Positions 38,298 through 53,352 of a stretch of DNA of 64,000 bases are shown here, in pieces. How positions within the stretch are numbered: the first letter of the stretch is position 1; the number at the start of each line of letters is the position of its first letter. The notes under the pieces are model-generated. The model was not told where the DNA came from, ran no database searches, and saw only the letters and a program-made list of their open reading frames with translations. The stretch lies in assembly GCF_000143415.4 (NCBI RefSeq), contig NW_003314403.1, forward strand, positions 128,316-192,315, written 5' to 3'. This DNA is from Selaginella moellendorffii. Taxonomy: Eukaryota > Plantae > Lycopodiophyta. The translations under genes and the position numbers were made by a program.

Positions 38298-40159
38298 CTA
38301 CTCCGTGCTGGTGTTTGGTGCGCTCGACCTGCGTACAATGTCCTCGTCGGCCACGGAGCTGAGAAAGCTCTCCCGGCGATGAATCTTTTGCTGGCTTGCG
38401 CTTGTCACCTCCTTGAATCTGGCCAGCTCCGCCAGGCACTCGGCCGCCTCCACCAGGTTTTCCAGCCTCGCCACCGTCTCGATCAGTAGCGACGTGAAAG
38501 TCGCCACCGAGAAGTTGCTCGCGCTCCGGATGGACTGCATGCTCAGCGACGTGTAGCTTCCCATTGTTGCCAGGCGATGGATGGTTCGTGGTGCCGGATC
38601 GATGGCGCTGCTGTTAGAGAACGGACTTTCGGGGTCGGTGCTGTACTCGAAAGTTGGCGGAGTGTTGCTGGGCTTGCGGGTAGCGATCATGGCGGTGGCC
38701 ATGGTCGGGTGTATGAAGAGGTGCGAGTGGGCGTCGATGAATTCCTGCAGAGATTCCGTCGAGGCTGTCATTTGTACGAGCAGCGCGTCCACATTCTCCT
38801 GGCAGTGCTCCATGTTCCGGATGTTGACGCTCACTTGCCGCAGTAGCTCTGTCGCGCTCTTGGTCACTTTCAGGATTTCGGTGCCAAACACTTGTCGCAA
38901 CTCATATGGTGCCTGAGCATTCGAATGTGTGTTGAACTAATATCTTTATCAGTGCTATTCACGTACCTGGACTTCTGCTCGTACGCAGCCGTGTAGTGCC
39001 ATGGAAGCATACGCGCAGTGCCGAAGGGCCGCGCCAACTTTAACATAGTGCGGCCAGGGATAGCCACACTTGAGAAACTTTCCGTGAGGTGGCTCCCATC
39101 CTGCAAAGTTGGCCTGGCACGATCAAAGATGACAAAAGAGAACATTGATCAGCATGTGTTGATTGATCGGCACTGTTTAGATTTTCTTATCTCATACGCA
39201 CCAGAGACTCTTCCGTCTGGCTGGACGACAGCAGAGCTCGGTATTTTACGTAGATGTCGTCGTTGTCAGCCCGGTTTTGGATCTCCTTTTCCATCACGGC
39301 TTGCATTGTAGTCTCTGGAATCTTGAGATACTCCTCGACCGAGCCTGACATTGAAAGAGACAAGGCATTGACGGTGACAAAAGTATAAACAAATGCTTCT
39401 TAGATTTATACCTTGTAGACAATCAGCGAGAGTTTCGAAGTTGCGAGAGGAGAGAGCGTGGAGATCCTCTCCAGCCCAGACTGGGAAAAGAAACATGCAT
39501 ATAACCAGGCTGATGCCACAGCCCACCAGGATCGTAAACATCCGAGTGGAGGCTGTTTTGAACGAGGTTTCGGACGTTTGGTAGCTGGAGACGCTGATAA
39601 GACTGAAAGTGAGCATGAAGATGAGCAGACCGTAGTCATATTTGGCCTTGAGCTTCGGGATGAAGCGCAGGAAAGTTGCCACGGCACCTGTCGACTCGTC
39701 TCTTGTAGCAGAAAGAAAGAAAAGAGGGATTTATACCTGCCAAGAACACCGATGTGATGATGATAGATGCTTCTCCAATGTGGCCACAGAAATCGGCCAA
39801 GTGGGCGATGCCCAGTCCCAGAAATGCCGCTGCAAGTGTTCCCAGGCCTCTGTTAAGCCCCTTGCTTAGCGTAGCACCTGGCAAACAAGATTTAAGCTGC
39901 CTGGCTCGGGAAGAAAAACAAAGACCCGCTTTTCCACATACCCACAGTAAACTCGAACACTACCACCACGGTCATGATACCCACAGTAAACTCGAACACT
40001 ACCACCACGGTCTTGATCGCCCAGATCGCATTCTCGCCCAGGAGTCTGGGTGGCTCTTCCACCAGCATGAAGAGCGAGCTCAAGCTCAGCGCCAGTCCAA
40101 CCTTGGCGGCATGGATCAATCTTCGAGGGTCTTGGAATAAGAACCATTTCGACCAATGT

Positions 40160-40190
<31 letters not shown>

Positions 40191-40269
40191 CTTCCCCTTG
40201 CTGCTCATCTCTCTCTCGGATGGGTTCAGGAGACACCCGCACTTCAACAGCACCGCTCTCGTTCTGCAT
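38298..40269 (-). CDS. ALMT: Aluminium-activated malate transporter
   Basis: DPRRLIHAAKVGLAL, TVVVVFEFTVGATLSKGLNRG, KYDYGLLIFMLTF, PVWAGEDLH, WEPPHG. Confidence 0.93.
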
Positions 40270-40686
40270 CGTTCTTTCTGATGATCCGGTATCCGGAACG
40301 AAGTGGCAAAGCGGATCGTGTTGAACTTGTTGGTGGAACGCAGAATGTGGCAGGGCGACTCAAAGGTCATCTAGGCTCTCCACCCAAGACAAAATTGACT
40401 TATAAAAAAGAAGGTAAAATGAAAAACCAATGTAATACCATCATTGAAAATCTTTGGGCAACTGCCACTGCATCCAAGCCCAGCCAATAAGAGCAAGACA
40501 GGCACCACCACTACTGACCTCAGTCTCCACCACCTTTTGTCATTTCTTAGCATGACAACAAGATACGCACGAATTTCTCTTTTTTCTGAAGATCATGAAA
40601 CTTTGTCCTATGCTTTTTTTCTTTTCTTTTTTACTGTGTATAGCCGTTGGCAAACAGTCTTACAAACTCTACACGAGTGAGTACTT

Positions 40687-43600
40687 TTACCTTGGAGCCA
40701 CCGCGTGGATGGTTCCACTAAACAAGCCACTTTCCTCCACCGCGTTGGAGGACACATACAACTCATTGTACAGGTCCCTGGGTCGCGCGCTCTCGTCGCT
40801 CCTGGATTTGCTCTGGTGGTGATCGTCGAAGGTGGAGAAGGCGTCGGACCACGGCATCGATCGCCACAAGTCGTCTAGATCTCGCACAACTTCTCCCATG
40901 GATGGCCGGTCGTTTGGATTCTCCTTGACACAGTTGAGAGCCAGTCTTAACATTGGCTCCAGCCCCTCGGACGGGTAGCTTCCCATTCTTTGGTCTACTA
41001 TCGAAAGCACCATCCCTGCTTGATATGTGGCAGTCACCTAGAGCATCATGTCCGTCAGCGTTGCTCGTGAAAGAAAACACGGAAAAGCTTACCTCTCTCA
41101 CGAGATTCTTGCCTTGCGAAATCGGATGCATTCCAGTCACGAGTTCCATCAACACCACACCAAAGCTATACACATCGCTTTTATCTGTGAGCTTCCGCGT
41201 CAAGAAGTACTCTGGATCCAGATACCCCTGTGCATCACAGACATGTCAAAAACTGCGAGGAGAATGCGATAACTCGTACCGGAGTTCCCTTGACTACAGT
41301 GGAGACGTGACCAGGTGTCACGCCATCCAAATCAGGCGAAGGAGCAAGCCGTGATAAACCAAAGTCGGCAACTTTGGGGATGTTCTTGCCATCCAGCAAA
41401 ATGTTGCTCGCTTTTATGTCCCGATGGAAGATGGGAGGATTGGCTTCAGTATGGAGATACAGAATTCCCCGTGCTGATCCCAAAGCAATTCGTAACCGGG
41501 TTGCGAAGTCTAAAGGAAGCTTGATAGTTGCTGAAACAAAAACACAAGCTCGTAAACAATTATGGGGCAGTACAAAAGCTGTATAAACGTACGTGATAGC
41601 CTCTCTCGTAAAGTCCCTCCTTCCATGAACTCGTAAACAAGCATCTATGGAGAATGAAAGCAAGATAGTCAGTGTTTCTTGATCATCAAAAATCAAACAA
41701 CAGACCTGCTCGCCTTCGTCGTCACAGTAGCCAACCAAGGACAACAAATTCCTGTGATGCACCCTTGACAAGAGTTCTATCTCTGTGTAAAACTCGTGAG
41801 TCCCTTGTAAGGATCCTTCCTCAGCTCGTTTCACCGCAACAACGTGACCATCGGATAGAACGCCTCTATAAACCTTTCCATAACCACCTTGGCCAACCAG
41901 CCTTGCATCATCGAATGATGCTGTCGCCGCTAGCATTTCGCCGTACGAGAACGACTTCACTCCTGCCACCTTCAGCATTTCGTTAAGCTCGCGCTTGTCC
42001 GCTGCAAGTTTTGAATAAATCAGAGATTTCAAATGAGTGTCAAAATAAGAAATAGTAAGACTTACTGATAATTCGTTTTCTGCTTGACTTTCCCATGCGT
42101 TTGCTCCTCCTTCGTGCTAGGAAAAACACCACTGTTCCTACGACTGCTGCAGTTACTGCGACGACAGCAATCAGTATCCCTGCTATAGCACCCGCAGTGA
42201 GCTTTTTCTTCTCTGGCCGTGGGATGATGTCGTATAGATCTAGGCACATAACCAGCGATCGTTAGCAAACAACGCATCAGCCGACAGGCTTACCAATTCC
42301 AAATGGAGGAGTGAAACCGAGGAACTCGTACGGCCCAAAGACGTCGTCGTCAGGGATTAACCATCCACCGAATGCATGATACAGCCTCCTCAACTCGGAC
42401 ACGTTATTTGTTCTGTTTTGTACCGGCGGGTAGAAACTGATGTTCATTGCCAGCCTGGGTCCCTTTTCCCACCTAAATCCTTTGAGAAATACCTGGTCTC
42501 GGGTGAGATTGAGCCCGCTAGATATATAACCTTCGAAGCGATTGATGTAGCGATCGAAAAATGTAAAACCTGGACTTTTCAATCTGTACGCAACCACGGC
42601 CGGTGAAGCACAAACGCACTGGCCACGAACGGCAAGCGCTGGGATCAGTTCACTATTCGGATCACACAAACCAGTGCAACTTTCACTTCGATTGTTTCCA
42701 AATCCATTGTCTTGAGCAGTTTGTGAAACAAGAGTACCGGACTGGCAGACGGGCGAAAGACTCCGTGACGTATTTTGACACACAGGATTTCCACCCAGCC
42801 TGTAAGTAATTAACAGCAATGAACAATGAACATGTTCCTATGTTATAGATGACTTACCAGGCACTATACATTCCAGACGAAGCTGAAATGTTTGCTACCA
42901 AGCTTGGATCGACGTTGGAAAACGAGTTGCTCTGGAAGTCCCTGCAGGGCAGACATTTTAAGACTAAAAAATCTTGAGGCCTTTCCTTACAAAAGAAGCC
43001 TTAGTGACGAGTTTCTTAATCCGGCAATTAAAGCTCCATCAACAGATCCATTAAGGTGGTTGTCGTGGAGGATACTGTAGGACGAAAGTTTAGAAGATAA
43101 AGCATTCTCAAAAGTACAGCTTACAGTGCTTGAAGGTTCGGTAGATTGTTAAAGCTGGACGGAATGTTTCCGGATAAGGAGTTGTTGGACAGATCTCTGA
43201 AAGAACAAAACTTTAATCGCACCAGGAAAATAAATGTCTTACTAACATCGACGTAATGTTTGACGATATCCCCGTGTTTGGTATCTCTCCTGTCAAGTTG
43301 TTGTTGCTCAAGTCCCTGTTTTAAAATCAGTCACAAATAAAAACCACAGCTAACAAACTTACAAGTATCCAAGCTGTGAAATCCTGCTAAGATCTGGAAC
43401 CTGTCCTTGTATGTTACAGTTTCTCAAGCTTCTGTAGGTCACACAGGTGTTATGACCTGCGGCCAGACGATATAACGCACGCTAACTCACATCTTAAATA
43501 GATTTTGAAGAGTTCCATACTCCGCCGGGATCACGGCATCGTCAGCGAAGCGATTATTGTCCAGCTGCCTGCAACATCATGAGCTCAAGTTTACAAGAGT

Positions 43601-44666
43601 TAATATATTGTATTCTTACAGAATAAGCAGCGTGTTTCTAAGGTTCGAAAGCTCTACCGGTAGCCTTCCCTCAAGCTTGTTATTATCAAGCAAACTGCCA
43701 ATCACAAAAACATCAAAAGAACACATCGAGGATAAGAAACAGAAAACACTCACATGTGGACAATATTTGGAAGCCTCCCAATATCCGGTGGAATACTTCC
43801 GGTTAGGGAGTTGTTGTTCATGTGGCTGTCACCGCGTTATCAACAGTTCAATAGAAACACGCATTAAGACTCACAAGTGCTTAGCGCTGGTCAGATTTCC
43901 AAATGTAGGAGGAATTGGACCAGTGATATTGTTTTGATCGATTTGTATCCTGTTCATCCTTGTAAGATTTCCAAGCTCCCATGGCAGCTCGCCAGTAAGC
44001 TTGTTACCGTTTAGCAAGCTGCAAATTCACATATAATAGCTAATCGGAAAAAAAAAAAAAAAAAAACAGCACCCTTACAGGAGGTCAAGGTTCTCCAACA
44101 TGCCAAAAGTGGGCGGGATGCTCCCAGTGAAATCGTTCCACATAACATCCCTTCGCAACAGAAAACGAAAACGTGACTTCGCATAAGCTTAAGAGAAAAT
44201 AGAGAAAAAAAACACTTACAAGATCCTGAGCCGTCGAAGATTTCCAAGTTCTGGAGCTAAAGTGCCAGACAGTTGATGATTCAAGAGCCGCCTAAGAAAA
44301 AGAAAATTTCTGGTCAGTTTTACAATGATGGAGCACGACTTTAGACTTACAACTCCACAACGTGAAAGATATTTCTCGAATCGCGCTCGCAAAACACGCC
44401 TTCCCAGTTTGTGCCATTCCCGCAAGGATCGTTACCCCACCAATTCTCGAGCCTTGCGTTATTGTCCACAATTCTGTCCTGAAATGCCCTCAACGCCGCG
44501 ACTGCCACACCCAACCAAGAAAACCAAGGAAAAGATAAAATGAGAAAATCGATTGAAATTTCGAGCACTTACCCTCGGACGAATCCGTCACGGACTGGAC
44601 AAATCCCAGCGCCATCCAAAGAAGTAAAGCCACAGCTCCAATTCGAAACCTTGCCGATCGATCCAT
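40687..44666 (-). CDS. LRR receptor-like kinase (LRR-VIII-1 type), many short LRR exons
   Basis: Signal peptide, WWGNDPC, ~72-bp LRR exons, [22 protein letters not shown] helix, [34 protein letters not shown]. Confidence 0.95.
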
Positions 44667-45239
44667 TTTCCGGGATGCGGAGTCATGCGCTGCCGCTGCC
44701 GAGCCCAATCGAAGAAAACAAAACGCGGCAGCACCGCCGGCTGTAGCAAGCATCGCCTGGAATCGGTCAAAATGGCCGCATTCTCGGAAGTGCCTATCGT
44801 TCGACGCGAGAAAGGACGCCAGGTGGGACAAGCGTCACACAAGTCGCGCAAGAACCCTAAATAAACCTCACGCCCCGCCATCGTCACCCTTTCTCCAGCG
44901 TAAGAAAGAAAAAAGGCTCCCCACTTCAACGGCCCCCAATCGCGCCACGTGTGCAAGCATTCCCGCGCTTCATGGCCGCCGTCCGATATGTCCAAGCAAC
45001 GGCGGGATTTCACTCAAGCCCGCGTTTAGGAAGTAGACATATTTGACATGGTCCTCAGCAGCCCTTCAATACTTTTTCTCCTATCACAGTTGACATGATC
45101 TTCTCCTCGGGAGCGAGAATCCGTCAAGACTGATCGAGACTGACAGTGTTTTTGTGAATCCACATAAATGTGGGGGTTGGCACTGAAAACTCCTGACATG
45201 CTCTAGAAGGTCTCCTCGCTGGATACGTATCTTTACATT

Positions 45240-45860
45240 GCCCGCATTACATTTGCGTCCGATTAAAGTTTCTACGTGGTCCAAGGCGCCAAAAGCAGTG
45301 TGTTGCTCAAAGATCGACTTGCAATGCCTTTCTAGCGTTTCTCAATTTGCATCCTATAACCAGAGCAAACTCGTCTTCCACACCATCTTCTTTGGGAGGC
45401 CGCTCAAGACCATCTCCAACCAGATGAAAGCGTGCAACCTTTGCCACTCCATCCTTATCAGTAAAGTTGTAAGCAAACGACCCTTCTGCTGGAACTGAGC
45501 TTTCCTCCTCCACATTACCCATTCCCCACAAAGGGGAAGCTCCTTGTCTCTTGGCTGTAGTCGTAATGGTCTACAAACTCGTAGCCTTGCAAGAGCCTGG
45601 CAACTTCGAGCACCCAATCTTCGTCACCAAATCCTATCAAGTCTACTGCCGGTACTATGAACGGCTCCACCTCCACGCGATTTGTGGCTTGAGCACAGGC
45701 ATAACCTTGCAAAGCAAAGCACTTGTCAAAGTTCTTGTGAGTTAAAGCTTGGCTTACCTGTAGATAAGAAGAGGAAGAGCCCATACAGCGACCTTTCGCC
45801 TCCCAAGAAATCGGCATGTTCCTGGACGAATTCCAGCGCCTTGGAGAAGCAAACACTAGG
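45240..45860 (-). pseudogene. Frameshifted fragment of an unidentified coding gene
   Basis: Protein-like reading with one canonical intron (~45708-45757) and frame switches near 45530 and 45310. No family recognised. Confidence 0.35.
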
Positions 45861-46199
45861 TTTTCTCTTCAACCATCAAAACTAATAGAACTCACCCTTT
45901 GATGACGGTCACCCCCACCACACGAGAAGACCATACATTCTTCAAACATCAACTAATAATTCTTGTGCAAGTCAAGGATATGCAAAACCAAAAATATTTT
46001 AAGCATGAGTTCAACCTCTCACACGTACATTCCCAATGGAGGATTTGGGGCCTTTTCAGTATTGTCTTTGCTTTTGACGACAAACAAACTTGCATCCCTT
46101 CATTCTAGAAGCAATACTTACCTTTATGAGTTCACAACCAAAGTTTTCTCCTCATAAATTTAGTGGAATGCAGCTGGCAGGATCCTAAAGACGTCAACA

Positions 46200-49100
46200 G
46201 CACGAAATCTGAGGTAGAGAGAGAAGGTTTAAGCTAAATTGGCCATTTTATTCTCAAAATTCTTTTGTACCCTCATAGGCTTGAATAGGGAAAAAAGTGG
46301 TAGAATCTCCCATATATATTCCCTCTTGGCTTGCATCTCACATATGTGAATGGCATTTCCAACCATTTGGATTAGAAAAAATATGTTCTAGCATATTCTT
46401 AATTTAATGGTTGAGATCCTACTGATGTAAACATTCATCATTATAGAATAATAAGATTGCCACACAGGTTTGGGTTTGCAATCCTTCAACACTTGTTTCA
46501 TTATATATTTCTATTGGGACTTCCCAACAAGAGAATCCTAATGGGTTCTTCCCAACAAGAGAGTTCTTAAGATATTTATTTTGATTACATGGTCATGATG
46601 TAGCAGGCCAAATTGGCTATGTCAAAAAGTCCTAAACAATATGCTAGAATGAGAAAATATGTCAGGAAAATATTCTAATATTTTCTAATGACAAAATTTT
46701 TTTTTCTGCCAATAGAATGTAAATTCTTTTGTTAAGAGAATAAACCCTAACAGTGTTTATTAAAAACTTTTCTTCATGATTTTTCTCCTGATGGATCCTT
46801 TTGGAAGCACCTTTAAGACCTTCTGATGGATCTAAAATTTCATTTTCTTCCCATCAGCAGAAATTCTTTTGACAATAGAAAAAAATTCCTAATAAGAAAT
46901 AAAAATATTCCCAATGAAATGTTTTTTCAAACTTTCTTCCCGACATGCCAAATGCTATTTGATAGAAAATGATGGGAAGGATGCTTGTCGGGAGAGCTTT
47001 CTAATAGGCTTTATATCAAGTCAAAAGACTTTTCAAGTCCATAAAGCCCTTAAATTAAAATAATAAAACTATTTACAAGATTGATTTTAGTAATTTATTG
47101 ATGGTTGTAGGACTAATTAAATGTTATTTCACTAGCAAGTGATTTAATAAAGTGTTAAAATGCTACTAGCAATCTTGAAACTTGCCTAAAGTATTGTTCA
47201 AGGATTGTTAATTTATCATAAGCTTATAAACAACAATATTACAAACAATACAGATTACAAATATTATGTAGTAATGAAAAGATGTGTTCTAAAGATTTAC
47301 TTATAAAAGCTAGAATATATCTTTCTTTTAATCTCTAACTTATCTAGCATTTGTTATTATAAATTAATAAGTATTCTAACCCAAAGTTCAATTCAATGGA
47401 GGAGGCTTAAAAATTCATATAAGGGTCAATACCAATCAAGTTTGATATAATTATTATAACCCTAATATCATTTCAAATCATAACCTTTACTTCCATTGCA
47501 TCAACCACTACCTCAATAACATTAACCTCTACCTTAATAGCTTCAACTATTATCTTTATCTTTTCATTTGAAAAAGTTGCAATAAAAACAACATTAAAAT
47601 TTCCTTTACAATGGTAATTTATAATTTTGTCCAATTGCTCAAGTTTTTGCCATTGCTAATATTATAAAGAAAAAAAAGTAAACATAAACTGATTTCTAGT
47701 TTAATTATAAATTTAAACTAAATACATACTGCATATCTTTTTGTAATCTTTATTTCTTCTTGTTAACACATGATCATATTTAGTATGCAGTTATATTTTT
47801 AAGTAACAACACACTCAATAATAAAATTTAAATATACTTAAAAGCATTTGTCAAATCCTTTAATGTCCAATTGTTTACTTTGTCACATATATAAGAAAAA
47901 ATTCATAAAATAAATTATATAGCCATCTATGAAATAGATGACTAAATAATTACTTATACAAGCGAAAAGTCATTCGGTAGAGATATTTCATTTTGTCCCA
48001 TTCAAATACTAAATAGTCCTCTAGCTTTTTGAAAATCTAAATTTAACCATCTTTATGTGGCATCAAGAGGCAAGTGGTCTTTTTCAATTTCTTTTTGACA
48101 ATTACTATTGCCAACCCAAAGAGCATATACATGTCATTGTGGAATTTATAATTGCACACCATGCATTTTTAGAAGTTATTCATCTTCAATATCTTCATGA
48201 CACGTGATAAACGCAAAAAATAATCACAACCATAAGTGAAAAAGTTAGTTTCATCCAAGACTTCTAACTAAAGAAGGTATATGTTATTTAGACTATTGTG
48301 ATCTATACATCTATTAATGCATGAGGCTAGAGTAGACATTTTTTAGGTGCTTTTAGTTTAGTAATTTCTATCACCTTGACAGGGTATATTATTATAGTAG
48401 AAAGCTTCTATGGAAAAAATTTGATTAAGAGCCATATGTGTTAACTTTTTATTTTTCTACATATCAATAATGGTTATTTAATTAATGGTATTTATGAGAG
48501 TTGCAATGTGATCTTTTGCTATAAGCAACTTTTTATTTAACTTCTTTGCTCCTGACTTCTTACAGATCAACTACTTTTAAAGGTTAGTGATTTTAAACTA
48601 TAATGTATGGATTTAATATTGAGGAATTAAATCCATTAGAAAGGTGTTGCATAACTTCAATAAGTTTATAAATCATAAGCATGATGGAAAGGTTGTTTAG
48701 CTCTAAATTGACACTATTATTATAGCTTTATTATGTGTTCTCTTTATCAATTACCTCCACAAATCACTTATTATTACAATTAGCAAAAATAGTGGTTTGT
48801 GCCTTAGGAATTTCATCAACCTTCTTTTGTGGACAACTAGACTTTTTTCATAAATATTGGAGTCACTTTTGGGCTATACTAAGATATTATTAAAACTTAT
48901 AAATAAAAAACTAAATAATTTATATGAAATTTAGGAATAAGTATATTTTATGAGGTTTTAGAATAATTTCTGATGAGAATAATATATAAGTCTATAAATG
49001 ATAATATATAATTAAATATTAATATAAATAAATAATTAATATGCCAAAAGAAAACTGTTTAAAGGAAGCTTAAATGGCAATTTACAAGTTACTTTAGATT

Positions 49101-49200
49101 AAAATTAATTATATTCATATTCTGTATGACTATATGTTACATCTTATATGTATACCACATGTAACATCTATATTAGTTAGATATAAATGCTAAACCTTCC
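46200..49200. other. AT-rich, CpG-free decayed repeat/TE block
   Basis: Abrupt composition shift, no ORF of 60 aa or more, short degenerate repeats (ttcccaacaagag) at 46520-47000. Confidence 0.55.
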
Positions 49201-49453
49201 CATTTTTCACGAAGTCTGAAAAGAAGCCGTGTCAACGCAAGAAACACTCAAGACTATACCCCACATCCTCCTACCGCTCTGATCCAAATTCGATCATGTT
49301 TCGATGACTCTTGGGTGCAATTTGCAGCCTTTGTTGATCATTATTCCCGCAAATGACATCTCGGTGGCATTTTAAACTGAAATAGTGGTCAAAGTGGGCG
49401 GCACCTATCCTGCTATTAATCTCGGAGCGAGAATTCCTATACTGGATAGAGGC

Positions 49454-50437
49454 ATGGAGCTCTCTCGAGTGAACACGCTGGCTATCTTGGCTATTGTTCT
49501 CCTCACACTTGAAGGTACTTAGCTGCACTGAATTTCAAAGTCTTGCATTCTAGCATGAACACAGCTTAAACATGATTGTCGTTCTTCCAATTCCTAATCC
49601 GAGGGATTTCTAGGCAGTTCTTCGCAAGAGCATTATTTTCTCAATTGATGTTCTTCGTTCCATGCAGGTGTGCACGGCGTCCGAATCCGCCTCTACAACG
49701 CCTGCCCCTTCACAGTGTGGCCCGGCTGGATTTCAAACTCCGGCAAGCCGCAACTCGGGGGTGGGGGTGCCCGTTTGGAATCGTGGCAATCTTACGACCT
49801 CTACCCGGGCTCGGGCTGGGCGGGCCGGTTCTGGGGACGCAGGGGCTGCAACTTCGACGGTAGCGGCCGTGGTCACTGCGACTCGGGCGACTGTGGCGAC
49901 AAACTCAACTGCGGCAACTCGGGTGGTGTCACGCCCGCCACCCTGGCCGAGTTCCAGCTCAATGGTTTCGCCGGCCTCGACTACTACGACGTGTCTCTGG
50001 TCGACGGCTACAACTTACCGCTGCGAATCAACCCCGAGTACAACTGCGCCTCGGCCGGGTGTCACAGCGACGTGAATGCCCGCTGTCCTAAAGAGCTCCA
50101 GGTACAAGCATCAGTTTCCGGGATTAGTTTCTAAGCTCGAGCAATACAGGTGCGCAAGGATAACTGGGTCATCGGCTGCAAGAGCGCTTGCGAGGTGTTC
50201 CACAGCGAGGAGTTCTGCTGCACGGGGTCGCACAACAGGCCCGAGACGTGCAGTCCGACGTACTTCTCCCGGATTTTCAAAGACGCGTGCCCGCAGGCAT
50301 ATAGCTACGCCTACGACGACGCGACCAGCACCTTCACCTGTGGTTCCGGTGGGGGTTACACCATCACCTTCTGCCCCAGCGGGGGTCTCTCTATTGCAGA
50401 GGATGAGTCTTCTCAGAGCCGAGTCGAGGCTCTCTAA
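49454..50437 (+). CDS. Thaumatin-like protein (PR-5), 3 exons
   Basis: Signal peptide, [60 protein letters not shown]. Confidence 0.96.
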
Positions 50438-50679
50438 ATAAGTGTCAAATCGGAGTTTTGTAAACCCGGTGGGCAAAACAATGAAAGAAGGGACCTTCAC
50501 CTCCGTCGAACCGGACTGTGAAAAGATCTCCTGTCACATAAAGATCCAGTTTTGCAAAGGCATCCCAAGCTTGCCCGACGCGCATGGAAAGTTTCTTACA
50601 ATCTCACTTCTCCAAAGCCTTCGAGAATGTCGAAGATCACACGAAAGAGAAGCTTTTGAACAGGCTGAATCAGTATCTG

Positions 50680-51066
50680 GATGATTGCATTCTCCCGGAA
50701 GATAACTGCGCGTGAGATGGGATCATTCTCAGCCGAGATATCAGCTGTAGATCCTTGCTTTGAGTTGCTCTGCTCTTTCAGAGCTGGAAGAACAGTATCC
50801 TCCTTCCATGGTCTTTGTGTATCCCACACATCCAAGTTGCCGGTTACGTATACGAATGTGCTAGCGACAGGATTGACATGGAGCCATTGACAGACATCTT
50901 GTGCTTGTATGGTCCAAGCACAAGGAAAGTGGCGATGCACGGAGTAAAACATTTTCTTCGCCTGGATGATCTGGAGATACGAGCATACCATGACGCAGTG
51001 GCAAAGAGGGAAAGCGATATTACCCAACAAGAAGAAAAAGTGGCACAAGTACCGTGCTCTGATTAG
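50680..51066 (+). pseudogene. Possible remnant of a Crinkler-type REase domain
   Basis: EMGS...DPCFE, then a frameshift, then PHIQVAGYVY...MEPLTDILCL...HFLRLDDLEIRAY. Resembles the region preceding the kinase in REase-kinase proteins. Confidence 0.3.
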
Positions 51067-51140
51067 AGCTGAGCACGATGAAGAGTTTATCTCTGATAGC
51101 TTCTAGGAAACTGGAAGATTCTAAAACGTACCGCGTTCTC

Positions 51141-51897
51141 TCATACTTTTGGCTTTCTAAACAAGTCGCTCGCATCCAAAGCCCCGATCTTGGCTGCTAG
51201 AATGAAGTCATTCTCTGTCAAGCCACCTGGTAGAGCACACAGAATTTGAGAAAGCTATTGGAGTTCGCATCAAACTAACCAGCAGAATGCGTGGATATGT
51301 TGATTCTCACGTTGTTGTAGCCAGTAAGGTGGAGATCCGGGTGGTGGCCTGAAACAAAACAGAGATGGAAAACAAAATCAAAGAGAAAAAGAGTTTCTTA
51401 CCTTCTGCTTCAGCGACATCACTCACGAGCTTGAAGAATTCAATCCCTTTGATAAAACTTTTTGTTCTCCAGCTCCTCTGGAGCTCCAGCTTGCCATCAA
51501 CTTGCTCGATCTTCCATCCCGGTGCCTAAAGAAGAAAAGGAAAGAAGAAAAGATCCTCGACCAAGTCTTAAAAACGAACGCACCTGATGGAGCAGCTCCT
51601 TTGCAGATTCCTCTGACATTGGCCTCAAGTTTTTGGAATCGCACGGAACACATTTCTTTTTGGAAAGATCACTGATAATTTCTGGGCAAAGGAAATCAAC
51701 CAATCTTTGCTTTGAGCAAAGGAAGAAAATTTTATTCTTACCATCGCTCGCTTGCGAAGACTGCGACGACATGGATCTCGCGATCACTGTGATCGGAATG
51801 CGTGCCTGCCAAGGATCAATCAAGTCACTCAAAATCAGTCACGCGCGCACACCTTGCACGCTACTGCTGCTCCAAAAACACCAAGAGAATAAGCCAT
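51141..51897 (-). CDS. PCD: Pterin-4-alpha-carbinolamine dehydratase (organellar), multi-exon
   Basis: LSKKKCVPC, AEAEGHHPDLHL, STHSAGGLTENDFILAAKI. Confidence 0.92.
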
Positions 51898-52052
51898 GCG
51901 CCCTAGCGTGCGTTTGCCACATGGACCCATCCTAGCCGTTGAGAGTGTCACCAACGGTTCCGATTTTGTTAGGGTTCTTGGGTGAGAAGAGTAGGAAAAT
52001 TTTCAAATAGGAGTTGCCTCGACTGACGATCGGCAAATGCAGGGGTTTCTAG

Positions 52053-53007
<955 letters not shown>

Positions 53008-53352
53008 CGTCTTCTCCAGCAAAAGCTTGAAGGTTTAGTTCGTTTTGGTCTTTCACTTTCTTTTTATTCTTTTCAACTTGCGAGGTGTTGGATCGTTCAG
53101 AGTATTTCTTTTGTTTGTTTGTGGAGCCGAGAAAATCTGGTAAGCCAGCCAAAGATCTCTATTTGGAATGCTGCTTGACTGTTTTCATGGTTTTTCAGGA
53201 ATGCAGTGCTGCGTGTATGTCATAAGATTCACGACACGTGGAATGCCAAGTCATCCACTGGTCGCGCATTGCTCTTTTCATCCCTCGCGCGTTGGCAAGG
53301 GATGAGAGAATTGTCAATCTCAGGCACACTCACCCTCCAGGCCGGCCACTGA

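Noticed and set aside
46290-46372. QMVGNAI resembling C5-MTase motif X
   Set aside because: An isolated short match with no other MTase motifs nearby.
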